This document shows, piece by piece, positions 38,927-48,878 of a DNA stretch of 64,000 nucleotides. Origin of the DNA: Candidatus Poribacteria bacterium (GTDB lineage: Bacteria; Poribacteria; WGA-4E; PCPOR2b). The stretch lies in contig OZ220744.1 of the NCBI GenBank assembly GCA_965116925.1, positions 1,920,001 to 1,984,000 of the forward strand, given 5' to 3'. The notes below the pieces were generated by a model, which made no database searches, had not been told where the DNA came from, and was given only the letters and a program-made list of their open reading frames with translations. The stretch's first letter is position 1, and every line of letters starts with the position of its first letter. The translations under genes and the position numbers were made by a program.

Positions 38927-40046
38927 CGATGGTCTGACAGTTTATCGAGATTTAGGTGTTAAGCCAGTTATCAATGCGATGGGTTTCATGACGGTATATG
39001 GCGGTTCCCGTCCGTCGCCGGGGGTTCAATCGGCGATGAATCATGCTAGCCGGTACTTCGCTGATATGGAGGATCTGCTGAAGAAAACGGGGAACATTAT
39101 CGCAGATCTGTTAGGAGGCGAAGCAGCACTGGTGACACCGGGCTGTGCCGCTGCGCTCGCACTGAGTTCAGCGACCTGCATGGCTGGAGACGATCCCGAC
39201 AAGATTCAACAGCTGCCGGATACAACCGGTATGAAAGACGAAATCATCATCCAAAAATCACAGCGATACCACTACGACCGATGTATAACCGTTTTTGGTG
39301 CCAAAATGATTGAGGCGGGCGATGAGCATACCACCGCGGAGCAGGTGGAAGCTACGATTAACGAGAAAACTGCCGCTATCCACTACGTCGCGCCCGGAGG
39401 TGGCGCAGGGGTTGTGTCGTTGGAAGAGATGATTAGCATTGCCCATTCCCACGGTATTCCGGTGATCGTTGACGCGGCGAGCCAAGTTTATCCGCTGGAT
39501 CAGATGCGTCGTTATCCGGAGGCAGGCGCAGATATGATTGGATATGGCGCGAAATACTTCGGGGCGTGTAATTCGACAGGGGTACTGTGCGGTCGGAAGG
39601 ATCTGGTAGATGCTGCTTTCGTACATAGTTTCATCGGCTATGAAACACAACTGTCTCGGTCCGTTGGCAGACCACTGAAACTTGATCGTCAGGAGATTGT
39701 CGCTGTCGTCGCTGCATTGCGCGAATGGTTTTCCATGGACCATGCCGCACGAATCGCCGAACACGGTTGGAAAGCGCGTGCCATTCAGGATGCACTTGAT
39801 GGTGTTCCTCATGTCACTTGTCAACCGGTGACGGATGAACGGACGTTGGGCAATGGGCTTGTGGTCAGTTTGGACGAGGGTGCGTTGGGTAAAACCGCTA
39901 GCGAGATAGCCGCTACCCTGCTTGATGGCGATCCAAGTATCGTTCTGCACGGAGGTAACGGTTCGCTGCACGTCGCCGTATCAAATCTGATCGACGATGA
40001 CCTACAGGTAGTCGCAGATCGGTTGAGAGAGGTCCTGGCAGCTTAG
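38919..40046 (+). CDS. SelA/DgaE-like PLP-dependent enzyme
   Basis: KPVINAMG..T..GGS, VIVDAAS, GAKY, GRPLKLDRQEI. Confidence 0.85.
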   Translation: MSNDGLTVYRDLGVKPVINAMGFMTVYGGSRPSPGVQSAMNHASRYFADMEDLLKKTGNIIADLLGGEAALVTPGCAAALALSSATCMAGDDPDKIQQLPDTTGMKDEIIIQKSQRYHYDRCITVFGAKMIEAGDEHTTAEQVEATINEKTAAIHYVAPGGGAGVVSLEEMISIAHSHGIPVIVDAASQVYPLDQMRRYPEAGADMIGYGAKYFGACNSTGVLCGRKDLVDAAFVHSFIGYETQLSRSVGRPLKLDRQEIVAVVAALREWFSMDHAARIAEHGWKARAIQDALDGVPHVTCQPVTDERTLGNGLVVSLDEGALGKTASEIAATLLDGDPSIVLHGGNGSLHVAVSNLIDDDLQVVADRLREVLAA

Positions 40047-40067
40047 GAAAAATCGGTCATTGTATCA

Positions 40068-40095
40068 GTAGGGAACAGCGATCGTTGTTCCCTAC
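40068..40095. repeat. GTAG...CTAC palindromic REP-like element
   Basis: GTAGGGAACAGCGATCGTTGTTCCCTAC, related to 4574-4601 and 46314-46340. Confidence 0.75.
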
Positions 40096-40125
40096 ATAAT
40101 TTCCACCAATGCAAGGAGATTATTT

Positions 40126-41070
40126 ATGCCACTATGGGAACGCCAAGTCAACGAATGGCTTGCCGAGAAACCGCAACGCACGGCGGCGGCTGATTTTGAC
40201 GCGTTTTGGGACGAGACACAATCGCTGGCTCAATCCCAACCGCTGAATGCAGAGGTCGTCTCTGTAGAATATCCCTCAAAGAAGTTGTCCGCTTATCAGG
40301 TCTCGTTCGATGCCTTTGATCGAGGTCGTATTCAGGCATGGCTTCTCGTACCTACTAGCTCTACATCGGAGAAGCTACCCGCACTGATTCGTTGGCACGA
40401 CTACCTCGGTTTTCGCGGACGGATCTGCACACATCTGACATGGGCACTTCAGGGATTTGTGGTGCTCGTGCCAGATATTCGGGGACACGGGGATTCTTCC
40501 GACTTGACGCATTACTCGCGGGGCAATAACAAAGGGTATTTTGCCCAAGGCATTCTGGATCCGCACGAATACTATTTGCGCGGCTGCATCGCCGATGGAT
40601 TCCGAGCGGTTCAGTTTCTCAACGGTCGTGAGGAAGTTGATTCAGATCGAGTTGGGATCATTGGAGATGGGCTAGGCGGGTTTATCAGTTTATGGACAGC
40701 AGCATTTAATTCGCAGATCAACACGATTGCGCCGGTCGGACCGTATCCTTGCAACTGGGAGCGACACGTTATCAGCGCAAGCAGCATTGCTGCCGACGAA
40801 GTTAAGATTTACCTGACACGCTATCCTGAACAGGAAGAGACGGTCTGGAATACGTTGAACTACTTTGACCCGGTCAATATTGCCCACCGTGTCGAATGTC
40901 CTTCGTTCTTCCCGCTTGGTCTACAGGGAAATACCGCTCCGCCGCAGGACTCTGTGGGTATCTACAACCTGATTGAGGGTGAAAAGGAGTTAAAGGTACT
41001 GCCTTACGACGGGCACGGTGCAGGCATTGAAGAATTGATTTGCTGGATGCAAGAGCGATTAGAGCCGTAG
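40126..41070 (+). CDS. CE7 acetylxylan esterase/cephalosporin-C deacetylase homolog lacking the catalytic Ser and Asp
   Basis: DFDAFW, DIRGHG. Nucleophile elbow reads GDGLGG and the Asp site reads GLQGNTAPP. Confidence 0.8.
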   Translation: MPLWERQVNEWLAEKPQRTAAADFDAFWDETQSLAQSQPLNAEVVSVEYPSKKLSAYQVSFDAFDRGRIQAWLLVPTSSTSEKLPALIRWHDYLGFRGRICTHLTWALQGFVVLVPDIRGHGDSSDLTHYSRGNNKGYFAQGILDPHEYYLRGCIADGFRAVQFLNGREEVDSDRVGIIGDGLGGFISLWTAAFNSQINTIAPVGPYPCNWERHVISASSIAADEVKIYLTRYPEQEETVWNTLNYFDPVNIAHRVECPSFFPLGLQGNTAPPQDSVGIYNLIEGEKELKVLPYDGHGAGIEELICWMQERLEP

Positions 41071-41135
41071 CGCATTAGGGAGCAATAGACGTTATTACCG
41101 ACTTTCAGTTTGTACGATAACAGGAGACCTATAAG

Positions 41136-42098
41136 ATGTGGACATTTGATTTACCGTTAGAAGAGTTGGAAAATTACAAACCGCCCCGTACTGCGCAGCC
41201 GGACTTTGAGGAGTTTTGGGAACGCACAAAAGCGGAGAGTCTGGCGCAACCGTTGAATCCCGAACTGGTCCCTATTGACTATCCTGTAAAACGGGTTCAG
41301 GTGTTTTCTGCGACGTTTGATGGGTTTGCAGGTGAAAGTGACCAACCACCGCGGGCAGGCGGTTGGTTTTTCATCCCCGAAGACCCCGCCCCCCGCCCGG
41401 CATTGGTAATCTACCACGGTTATCACGGCTATCGCGATAGAATCTCGACCCATTTGCCTTGGGCGTTGATGGGGTTTGTGGTGTTAGCGATGGATGTGCG
41501 TGGACGGGGTGAGGCACCGGATTGGACTGAATATGAAGGAGGACATGGGCTTGGGTGGATGACGCGGGGTATCATGAACAAAGAGGAATACCTCTATCGC
41601 TTTGCCTATATGGATGGCGTGCGGGGTGTCGATTTTATCGCTGAACGCCCGGAGGTAGATCCTAATCGGATTGGTGTCCTCGGTGGTTCACAGGGCGGTG
41701 CGATGAGTCTTGCCGTTGCAGCCTTAAGTGACCGACCCGCTATTGCGATGCCGATGGTTCCGTTCTTATGCTACTATCCTGATGCTGTCAAGATGGCGCG
41801 AGAGAACCAATACGGCGAATTGAACAACTACTTCATTCGCTATCCTGAGCGGGAAGAGCAAGGGATGGAGACGTTGAGCTACGTTGACAATATGAACCTT
41901 GCACCGTGGATAACCTGTCCGACGCTGGTCTCCGTAGGTTTACGAGACACAACCTGTCCGCCCTCTACTGTTTATGCTACCTATAACCATCTCACCTGTG
42001 AGAAGGAGATTTTATATTACCCCTACGATATGCACAGCGGCGGCGGTGATGCACACAGGGAACGGGTAATTGAGTGGGCACACCGGTTGAATCCGTGA
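41136..42098 (+). CDS. CE7 acetylxylan esterase/cephalosporin-C deacetylase
   Basis: FDLPLEEL, DFEEFW, GGSQGG, GLRDTTCPPS, His (DMHSG). Confidence 0.92.
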   Translation: MWTFDLPLEELENYKPPRTAQPDFEEFWERTKAESLAQPLNPELVPIDYPVKRVQVFSATFDGFAGESDQPPRAGGWFFIPEDPAPRPALVIYHGYHGYRDRISTHLPWALMGFVVLAMDVRGRGEAPDWTEYEGGHGLGWMTRGIMNKEEYLYRFAYMDGVRGVDFIAERPEVDPNRIGVLGGSQGGAMSLAVAALSDRPAIAMPMVPFLCYYPDAVKMARENQYGELNNYFIRYPEREEQGMETLSYVDNMNLAPWITCPTLVSVGLRDTTCPPSTVYATYNHLTCEKEILYYPYDMHSGGGDAHRERVIEWAHRLNP

Positions 42099-42144
42099 GC
42101 TATTGCGGCAACGTGCTAGTAGTAAAGCAAATCTAAGAAATAAG

Positions 42145-42263
42145 CTAGTACTCAGTCATATAAGTTTTGCATATCAACAAGGGGGTCGGGTGACCCGACC
42201 CCTACGAAGTATTATGAGTCTCAATCCATATAGACAATCATAATTTGCCTGACTGTGTACTAG
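42145..42263. mobile_element. MITE G (CTAG target, IS701-like) carrying one REP hairpin
   Basis: CTAG-TACTCAGTCA ... TGACTGTGTA-CTAG. Internal GGGGTCGGGTGACCCGACCCCTAC (42182-42205). A further solo end CTAGTAGTAAAGCAAAT at 42116. Confidence 0.8.
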
Positions 42264-42264
42264 G

Positions 42265-42309
42265 AAAACGGGAAAATGAGAGAGCAGGTTTCTCTTCTTT
42301 TCCCGTTTT
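42265..42309. terminator. Possible bidirectional terminator between convergent genes
   Basis: AAAACGGGAAAA ... TTTTCCCGTTTT inverted repeat with A/T tails. Confidence 0.45.
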
Positions 42310-42319
42310 TATTTTTCTG

Positions 42320-44242
42320 TCAGAACCATGTTGTATACAGAGGTTTTTGGAGAATAATGCTCAGTAAACCCCAATAAGTACCGACAATGAAATCTCCAAC
42401 TACCAGTCCCATGAAAAATGGGACAACCTTCCGATAAGCTGTCGCCCCGCCATGTTTTAAGATCAGCAGTTTTATCGCCCAGCAGACAAAGAGCGCGAAC
42501 CAGTAGACATCAATGGTGCCTGAACTGATGCCCAGAATATATCCTGCCGGGTGAAATGGGAACCATATAAATCGCATCCGCATCCATCCCATCACGATTG
42601 AGAAAATAGCCGAACCACCGATGATACCTGCACCTAGAGTATCGGGCTCCTTCGGATTCTGTAACCAACCGCTCAGGCTATTGCACGCTTGGGCACCTGC
42701 TGCTAACAACTCTCCGGCGGTTGAGGCACCGTACCGGTAAAGCATGACCGGAAATATCCAGAATGCCAATAGCACACCGAAAATTAGAGAGAGCATCATC
42801 GCCCAAGTAAGTCGGTGGGTATTGACACCGGTGCCTTCAGCGGACTTGAATGCTTCCAATTGATGGGGCATAGGATGGCTGCGATTTAACCGATTGAACC
42901 AATAAAATAGGGAAAACATGGTGAGATTTGGCGCGCCGATTTGGCGCGTTCCAAAGGCAGAAACGAGGACTACCTGTGGGTTCACGAGGACGATTGCGTG
43001 TAAAGGGGGACCCAATTCGGCTCGCATTCGCGTGAGTGCTGTAGCAATCATAAAGTAGAGTCCGAAAAATGTTGGCACAAGCCATAGAGACATCCCTAAA
43101 CTGTTGCAATAAAACATCAGGGTAATCATCCCGCCGATAAAGCAGAGGGTTGCCGTCCGATAACGCATCGGTTCGTTGGAATCATCAAGCGTTGATTTTA
43201 GATTGACGGTTTTCTTAAATACTTCCCAAAAATAGCGGCGCCCCATGTACAGCGTCATCACACATAGCCCGATCATGGCACCGGTGGCTTGTTCCCCAAA
43301 AAAGGGATAACGTGGGAAGGTATTCCACCCCATCATCGCGCCGACCAATCGCTCCATTTTGCGAAACAGGAAGAAGAACCAAGTAGAAAAGGTGAGATCT
43401 AAAGGTATCAGGAAAGAGAGTCCAATAAGAAATGGGTAGAACCGCATTGGCAACGCACCAATAGCATTCCACGGTTCTTCCGTGAAAAGGACGCCTAGAT
43501 TGTAGGTTGGCTCCTTGATCGGGAAATGGGGAATTTTCGGATATAGGAAGCTCACGCCGTTGACGAGGCTGATTACGCCCGCGACGCTGAAACCTATCCA
43601 CATAAGCCGGTTGCGAAAGAAACCGAAGGTGGGATTGGTCATTTCCAGCGGGATTTGAATAATCGGATAGGCGAGTCGTTCATGTTCGACCCACTGTTTG
43701 CGAAGGATAACGTTGAGACAGATGAGCATAAAGAAGAGGACAGAAATCAGGAATGACCATGCGATAGCAGGCCGAATCCAGAATCGGTAGAAACCCGTCG
43801 CCCAGAAGGCAGATTCGCCTTTGTAGAAATACTCGACAGCGGCAGGATCTCGGACGAGCAGCACATCCGGAAGGTATCTGTGAAAGAGATTTGCCCAGTC
43901 GTTTGCGGGTGTGGCGTAAAAATAGGCGTGGGGTATAACGCCCATCATACATACCATGTTATCGTGGGCGGTGACTGCTGTCGTTGCGGAGACGGTGGTG
44001 TAGATCATTAGCAGTTCCGCTTGTGAAAGGGGCTCCTTCGCCATGAACCTGCCACCGATTTTGTTGAGCAGAATCAGGAAAAATAGGAAGAAAATCGAAA
44101 GCTGCGGGAGGGACATGGATGTCCAATGGAGGGAGTGCCATATCATTTCCTCAAGTGCTACGAGGTAGAGGCACAGGGGCATCAACAGTAGACCGAACAG
44201 GATTGCTTTGACTGAGAGGCGGGAGGTTTCGACCTGTTTCAT
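42320..44242 (-). CDS. DUF6785/DUF6784 (OPT-like) permease, tandem paralog 2
   Basis: Polytopic, QWVEHERLAYP, TRMRAELG, WFPFHPAGY. Close paralog of the adjacent gene. Confidence 0.8.
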   Translation of the reverse strand: MKQVETSRLSVKAILFGLLLMPLCLYLVALEEMIWHSLHWTSMSLPQLSIFFLFFLILLNKIGGRFMAKEPLSQAELLMIYTTVSATTAVTAHDNMVCMMGVIPHAYFYATPANDWANLFHRYLPDVLLVRDPAAVEYFYKGESAFWATGFYRFWIRPAIAWSFLISVLFFMLICLNVILRKQWVEHERLAYPIIQIPLEMTNPTFGFFRNRLMWIGFSVAGVISLVNGVSFLYPKIPHFPIKEPTYNLGVLFTEEPWNAIGALPMRFYPFLIGLSFLIPLDLTFSTWFFFLFRKMERLVGAMMGWNTFPRYPFFGEQATGAMIGLCVMTLYMGRRYFWEVFKKTVNLKSTLDDSNEPMRYRTATLCFIGGMITLMFYCNSLGMSLWLVPTFFGLYFMIATALTRMRAELGPPLHAIVLVNPQVVLVSAFGTRQIGAPNLTMFSLFYWFNRLNRSHPMPHQLEAFKSAEGTGVNTHRLTWAMMLSLIFGVLLAFWIFPVMLYRYGASTAGELLAAGAQACNSLSGWLQNPKEPDTLGAGIIGGSAIFSIVMGWMRMRFIWFPFHPAGYILGISSGTIDVYWFALFVCWAIKLLILKHGGATAYRKVVPFFMGLVVGDFIVGTYWGLLSIILQKPLYTTWF

Positions 44243-44290
44243 TGTATTTGGTTCATGAGTTCATTGGTTAATTGGTATACACTTTCTCGG

Positions 44291-46240
44291 TCAGAACCAT
44301 GTTGTGTACAGGGGGGTTCCTAGGATGATACTCAGCAATCCCCAATAGGTGCCGACAATGAAATCTCCGACCACTAATCCCATGAAGAACGGCAGGATCT
44401 TCCGATAGGTTTTTACACCGCCGTGTCTGAGTACCAGCAGTTTTATCAGCCAACAGACGAAAAGCGCGAACCAGTAGACGTCGATTGTGCCGGAACTGAC
44501 GCCTAGAATATATCCACCCGGGTGGAAGGGGAACCATAGAAAGCGCATTCGCATCCATGACATCCACATGGAAAAGAGCAGTGACCCGCCAATGATACTG
44601 CCGCCGACCGGGTCCGGTGGGCGTGGGTACTGTAACCAGCCGCCGAGGCTATTGTATGCCTGCCAGCCTGCCCCTAGCAATTCTCCAGCGGTTGAGGCAC
44701 CGTATTGGTAGAGGACAACAGGAAAGATCCAGAATGAGACGAGAAGGCCGACAATCAAAGAGATCATCATTGCCCAGAAGAGGCGGCTGGTGCTAGCGTG
44801 GGTGCGTTCTGCCGACTTGAACGCTTCCAACTGATGCGGCATTGGGTGGCTGCGATTGTATCGGTTGAACCAAAAGAGTAGGGAAAACATGGTCAGGTTA
44901 GCTGTGCCGAGTCTCCGCGTCCCAAGTGCTGCGACTAGAATAACTTGCGGATTCACCAATCTGATTGGATGCAGGGGCGGCCCCAATTCCGCTCGCATTC
45001 GTGTCAGTGCGGTGGCGATCATGAAGTACAGCGCGAAGAACAGTGGGACAAGCCATTGAGACATCCCCAAGTGGCTGCAGAATATCATCAGCGCAATCAT
45101 GCCACCAATTAAGCAAAGCACTGCGGTTCGATAGCGCATCGGTTCATTTGAGTCGTCAAGCGTGGATTGGAGCCCAACTACTTTTCTGAAGACGTCTGCG
45201 AAGTGGCGGCGGCCGAGGTAGAGTGCTGTGAGGCAAAGCCCAATCATGGCACCCGTTGCTTGTTCACCAAAGAATGGATATTGTGGGATGGTGCTCCAGC
45301 CAACCATCGCTCCGACCAATCGCTCCAATTTGCGGAATAGAAAGAAGAACCAGGTCGAGAAGGTGAGATCTAAGGGAATTAGGAACGATAAACCAATTAG
45401 AAATGGATAAAATCGCAGCGGCAGCGTCCCGATGGCGTTCCACGGCTCCTCGTTGAAATAGACACCGAGATCGTAGTGTGGTTCTTTAATTGGTATGCGA
45501 GGAACGCTCGGATAGAGAAAGTTGAGACCGTTGAGCAGGCTTATCACACCAGCAACGGTGAATCCAATCCACATCATCCGGTTGCGGAAGAAGCCGGAGC
45601 GCAAATCGGTCATCTCCAGCGGGATTTGAATAATTGGATAGGCGAGCCGCTCGTTTTCAATCCACTGTTTCCGGAGGATGACATTAATACAGAGCAGCAT
45701 GAAAAACAGAACAGCAAGCAGAAAGGACCAACCGATGGCGGGCTTAATCCAGAATCGATAGTAGCCTGTCGCAAAGAAAGCGGATTCGCCTCTGTAGAAA
45801 TAGTTCACTGCATTGGGATCGCGGATAACGAGCAGGTCGGGGAGGTGTTTGTGGAAGAGTGCCGCCCACTCGTTTTCTGGGGTAGCGTAGAAAAAGGCGT
45901 GGGTAAGAACCCCCATCATGCAAACCATATTGTCGTGCGCGGTATATGCTGTGGTTGCAGAAAGGGTTGAATAAATCATCAACAATTCTGCTTGTGAGAA
46001 CGGGTCTCTTGACAACAACCGTCCGGCACCTTTGTTGAGGAGAATTAAGAAAAAGAGAAAAAAGATGGAGAGTTGCGGCAGGGACATTGATGTCCAGTGG
46101 AGGGAGTGCCATATCATCTCCTCAAGTGCCACCAGATACGCACACAGCGGCATCAGCAGCAATCCAAACAGAATTGATTTTATCGAAATACGAGAGGCGG
46201 GGGGCTGTTTAGCCTCGCCCTTTTCGTTTAGGTTCATCAC
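44291..46240 (-). CDS. DUF6785/DUF6784 (OPT-like) permease, tandem paralog 1
   Basis: Same motifs, with long identical peptides shared with 42320..44242 (e.g. LVALEEMIWHSLHWTSMSLPQLSIFFLFFLILLNK). Confidence 0.8.
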   Translation of the reverse strand: MMNLNEKGEAKQPPASRISIKSILFGLLLMPLCAYLVALEEMIWHSLHWTSMSLPQLSIFFLFFLILLNKGAGRLLSRDPFSQAELLMIYSTLSATTAYTAHDNMVCMMGVLTHAFFYATPENEWAALFHKHLPDLLVIRDPNAVNYFYRGESAFFATGYYRFWIKPAIGWSFLLAVLFFMLLCINVILRKQWIENERLAYPIIQIPLEMTDLRSGFFRNRMMWIGFTVAGVISLLNGLNFLYPSVPRIPIKEPHYDLGVYFNEEPWNAIGTLPLRFYPFLIGLSFLIPLDLTFSTWFFFLFRKLERLVGAMVGWSTIPQYPFFGEQATGAMIGLCLTALYLGRRHFADVFRKVVGLQSTLDDSNEPMRYRTAVLCLIGGMIALMIFCSHLGMSQWLVPLFFALYFMIATALTRMRAELGPPLHPIRLVNPQVILVAALGTRRLGTANLTMFSLLFWFNRYNRSHPMPHQLEAFKSAERTHASTSRLFWAMMISLIVGLLVSFWIFPVVLYQYGASTAGELLGAGWQAYNSLGGWLQYPRPPDPVGGSIIGGSLLFSMWMSWMRMRFLWFPFHPGGYILGVSSGTIDVYWFALFVCWLIKLLVLRHGGVKTYRKILPFFMGLVVGDFIVGTYWGLLSIILGTPLYTTWF

Positions 46241-46313
46241 TTCCTTGTCGTCGTTTAGGGAGGTCGCATGTTAAATACAACTTGGGGTGAGTGGGTGTAA
46301 ATCGAGGGTTGAT

Positions 46314-46340
46314 GTAGGGTTCAACGATCGTTGAATCCTA
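46314..46340. repeat. GTAG palindromic REP-like element
   Basis: GTAGGGTTCAACGATCGTTGAATCCTA. Confidence 0.7.
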
Positions 46341-46353
46341 ACAAAATTCTAAT

Positions 46354-46455
46354 TATAGTGAATTCAAAAAATAAAGAAACACTTGCGCCCCCCGGTAGGT
46401 GCGGTTTGTAACCGCACCGGTTTGGCGTGTCCCATTAATTCTAAAATCTACTATA
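46354..46455. mobile_element. MITE F, uninterrupted 102-bp copy with central REP
   Basis: TATAGTGAATTCAAAAAATAA ... TTAATTCTAAAATCTACTATA around CCGGTAGGTGCGGTTTGTAACCGCACCGG. Confidence 0.85.
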
Positions 46456-46488
46456 GATCGGGTGAGTCCCTCATTGCACCTCAACGTG

Positions 46489-47589
46489 CTAGGGTCGTTT
46501 CAGTTTACCCCACACCGTCGTTAGCTTGTCTTGTGGAGAAACAGAAAGGGATCCAGGTGTATATTCATAAATTGATGGGAACGATTGTACCCCAGCTCTG
46601 CCGCCCGGCACATAAATTTTACCTCCTGCTACGGTGGCAGGAACCCCAGCTCTTCCTCGCGGCAGTGGAATAGCTTCATCAATAACCCATTCGTCGTTAG
46701 CTGGGTTGTAAACATCTACTCTTTTAAGGACCTCATCGTTGCCACCATCGCTAAATGCAGCAAGTCCGCCGATTGCGAAGATGCGACCACTCAAAGTTGT
46801 AATGCCAAAAAGAGCTCTGCTGACTGGCATCGGTTTCCTTGCTTCCCATTTATCTGTCGCTGGATCGTAGACTTCAACAATGTTTAGTACTCCTTCTTCA
46901 AAATCCCAACCGCCGATTGCGTAAATCTTGCCCTGAAACGCGGCGACTCCAAGCCCACCTCTTGGCGTCGGCATATCCCTTTTCCGATCAAATTTATCTT
47001 CTTTCGGATCGTACTCGAAAACAGTACCGTATACTTCTTTTTGCGCGCCTCTATCCCAGCCGCCGATCACATAGATCTTGTCACCGACCACAGCTGCAGA
47101 AGCTGCCGAAAGTGCTTGGGGTAACTTCGCTAGCTTCTTCCACGCCCCCCGCTCTCCCGCCTCCGGGTTGAACACTTCGACTGCATCAAGGACCTTTCCG
47201 CTACGGCTCTGTGCGCCTCCAAACGCATAAATCATGCCCTCAAACGTAACAGCCGCCAAGCGTGCCCTTGTTGTTGGCATATCCCTCTTTGGTGCCCATG
47301 TATCGGTCGCAGGGTCATACGCTTGGACGCGATCTAGCGTCATGTCACCGGGATTCGGAATGTGCGGTGCTCGGTTGACTTCGATTCCACCGATGAAGTA
47401 AACTTTGCCGCCGATGGTGGCAGCGGCCGCACAGCACCTTGATGACTCAGGCATGTTTTCTTTTCGTTCCCATTTGTCATCTGCAGCCAAACTACTAGTG
47501 GGTATGGCTAACAGACCAATCAGGATTAGGCCTGTGCACAGGCAAATAAACTGGGGTTTGATGTAAGATGTTAGGTTGTTGGTTGCCAT
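46489..47589 (-). CDS. Secreted Kelch-repeat beta-propeller with C-terminal TxWG tag
   Basis: Signal peptide, six Kelch repeats (GKIYAIGG..VEVYDPATDKW), ends SVSPQDKLTTVWGKLKRP. Confidence 0.9.
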   Translation of the reverse strand: MATNNLTSYIKPQFICLCTGLILIGLLAIPTSSLAADDKWERKENMPESSRCCAAAATIGGKVYFIGGIEVNRAPHIPNPGDMTLDRVQAYDPATDTWAPKRDMPTTRARLAAVTFEGMIYAFGGAQSRSGKVLDAVEVFNPEAGERGAWKKLAKLPQALSAASAAVVGDKIYVIGGWDRGAQKEVYGTVFEYDPKEDKFDRKRDMPTPRGGLGVAAFQGKIYAIGGWDFEEGVLNIVEVYDPATDKWEARKPMPVSRALFGITTLSGRIFAIGGLAAFSDGGNDEVLKRVDVYNPANDEWVIDEAIPLPRGRAGVPATVAGGKIYVPGGRAGVQSFPSIYEYTPGSLSVSPQDKLTTVWGKLKRP

Positions 47590-47694
47590 ATTTACTGTTC
47601 TCCTTTATCTTAGGGTTGATGCTGGGTTGGGCACAAATATATGTCTGGTGCCCTTCCTCGACCGTATCCATACTTATAGGGCAGAGGGAATCGG

Positions 47695-48861
47695 CTAATC
47701 TTTCGATAGCGCGCTGCGCTTGACAGCGCCAAGGGTTGTAAACCGCTTCTGGCGGGATTCTACAGAACGGAGCTCGTAGAATGGATTCCATCTTGGATGG
47801 GTATCGTTGCCATCAGGGTTGTTACTGAGATTCCTTAGCTCACCGCCATTGGCATCCATGGCATAAACCTCTCGCTTGCCATCTCGTTTGGACTCAAACA
47901 GGATTCTTTTGCCTTTGGGGGACCAGATGACTCCATTATCGCCCTTTGGATGGTTTGTAAGGTTGACCTTATTATTCCCATCGGGATCCATGCGGTAAAT
48001 TTCCCAGTTTCCGTCCCGCTGCGTCTCAAAGGCAATAATGCCTGTTGATGACCATTCGGCGCGTCTATCGGTTTTCTCGTGGTTGGTCAACCTTGTCAGA
48101 TTTTTTCCCTCAGTATCCATAACATAGATTTCGGAGTTGCCATCACGCTTCGACTGAAAGACAATCTGCATGCCATCAGGAGAGAAACGCGCCCACTCGT
48201 CTGGTGCAACATGGTTGGTGAGATTGACTTGTTTGTTGCCGGCCCCTCTTCCATCTGCGTTAGAAATAAAGATATCAAATTGAGATTTGTTATCAATCAA
48301 GTCACGGTTGCTCTCAAACACAATTTTTGTGCCGTCAGGGGACCATGCGCCTTTCTGGTCCTTGTTGACACCTTCACCTTCAGCATTTGTGATATTAACC
48401 AGATTTCCGGGCTTCATCCCTTTTTCCAAGGTCAAAAAGCCAACATCCCAACTGGCGCCTTTCGGCAGCCCTTGAGCATACACGAGGATGCGCAGGTCGC
48501 CTGCCGGTGCGAATTGGGGTTCATTCAATTTTATACCAATATCTTTTCCCGTTAAGTCCGCGTCTTTTGGCTTCGTTGGGTCTGTCAAATCTACGATACG
48601 CAGATCAAAGAGCTCTCCGCCTCGAGGATTTGCGCTGTAGACGACGTAATTACCATCGGGCGACCAGCTAAGGCTTAGGATTTTCGCCTTGAGATTTGTG
48701 ACTTTCTTAACCTCACCATTATCGTATGCCACGCAGACTTGGGTGCCATCACCCTGGTCACAGAGAAAGGCTGCCATTGGCACTTGTGCATGTGCGAGGG
48801 TGCCGCCCAAAGAGGCAAGAAGAACGCCTAAGCAGATTAAGGCCACACTTCTTCTCAGCAT
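47695..48861 (-). CDS. Secreted TolB-like (PD40 repeat) beta-propeller, no FlgD-like domain
   Basis: Signal peptide, WSPDG..IVF.S.RDGN.EIY repeats, ends SVESRQKRFTTLGAVKRSALSKD. Confidence 0.9.
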   Translation of the reverse strand: MLRRSVALICLGVLLASLGGTLAHAQVPMAAFLCDQGDGTQVCVAYDNGEVKKVTNLKAKILSLSWSPDGNYVVYSANPRGGELFDLRIVDLTDPTKPKDADLTGKDIGIKLNEPQFAPAGDLRILVYAQGLPKGASWDVGFLTLEKGMKPGNLVNITNAEGEGVNKDQKGAWSPDGTKIVFESNRDLIDNKSQFDIFISNADGRGAGNKQVNLTNHVAPDEWARFSPDGMQIVFQSKRDGNSEIYVMDTEGKNLTRLTNHEKTDRRAEWSSTGIIAFETQRDGNWEIYRMDPDGNNKVNLTNHPKGDNGVIWSPKGKRILFESKRDGKREVYAMDANGGELRNLSNNPDGNDTHPRWNPFYELRSVESRQKRFTTLGAVKRSALSKD

Positions 48862-48878
48862 GATTCTCTCCTTTTCGG

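Noticed and set aside
39258..39971. Long antisense ORFs (39258..39971, and likewise 5571..6188, 3434..3979, 23502..24032)
   Set aside because: Shadows of well-supported genes on the opposite strand, with no motifs or RBS.
38919..40046. selA / selenocysteine machinery
   Set aside because: Short SelA-like (DgaE-type) protein with no selB, selD or tRNA-Sec seen nearby.
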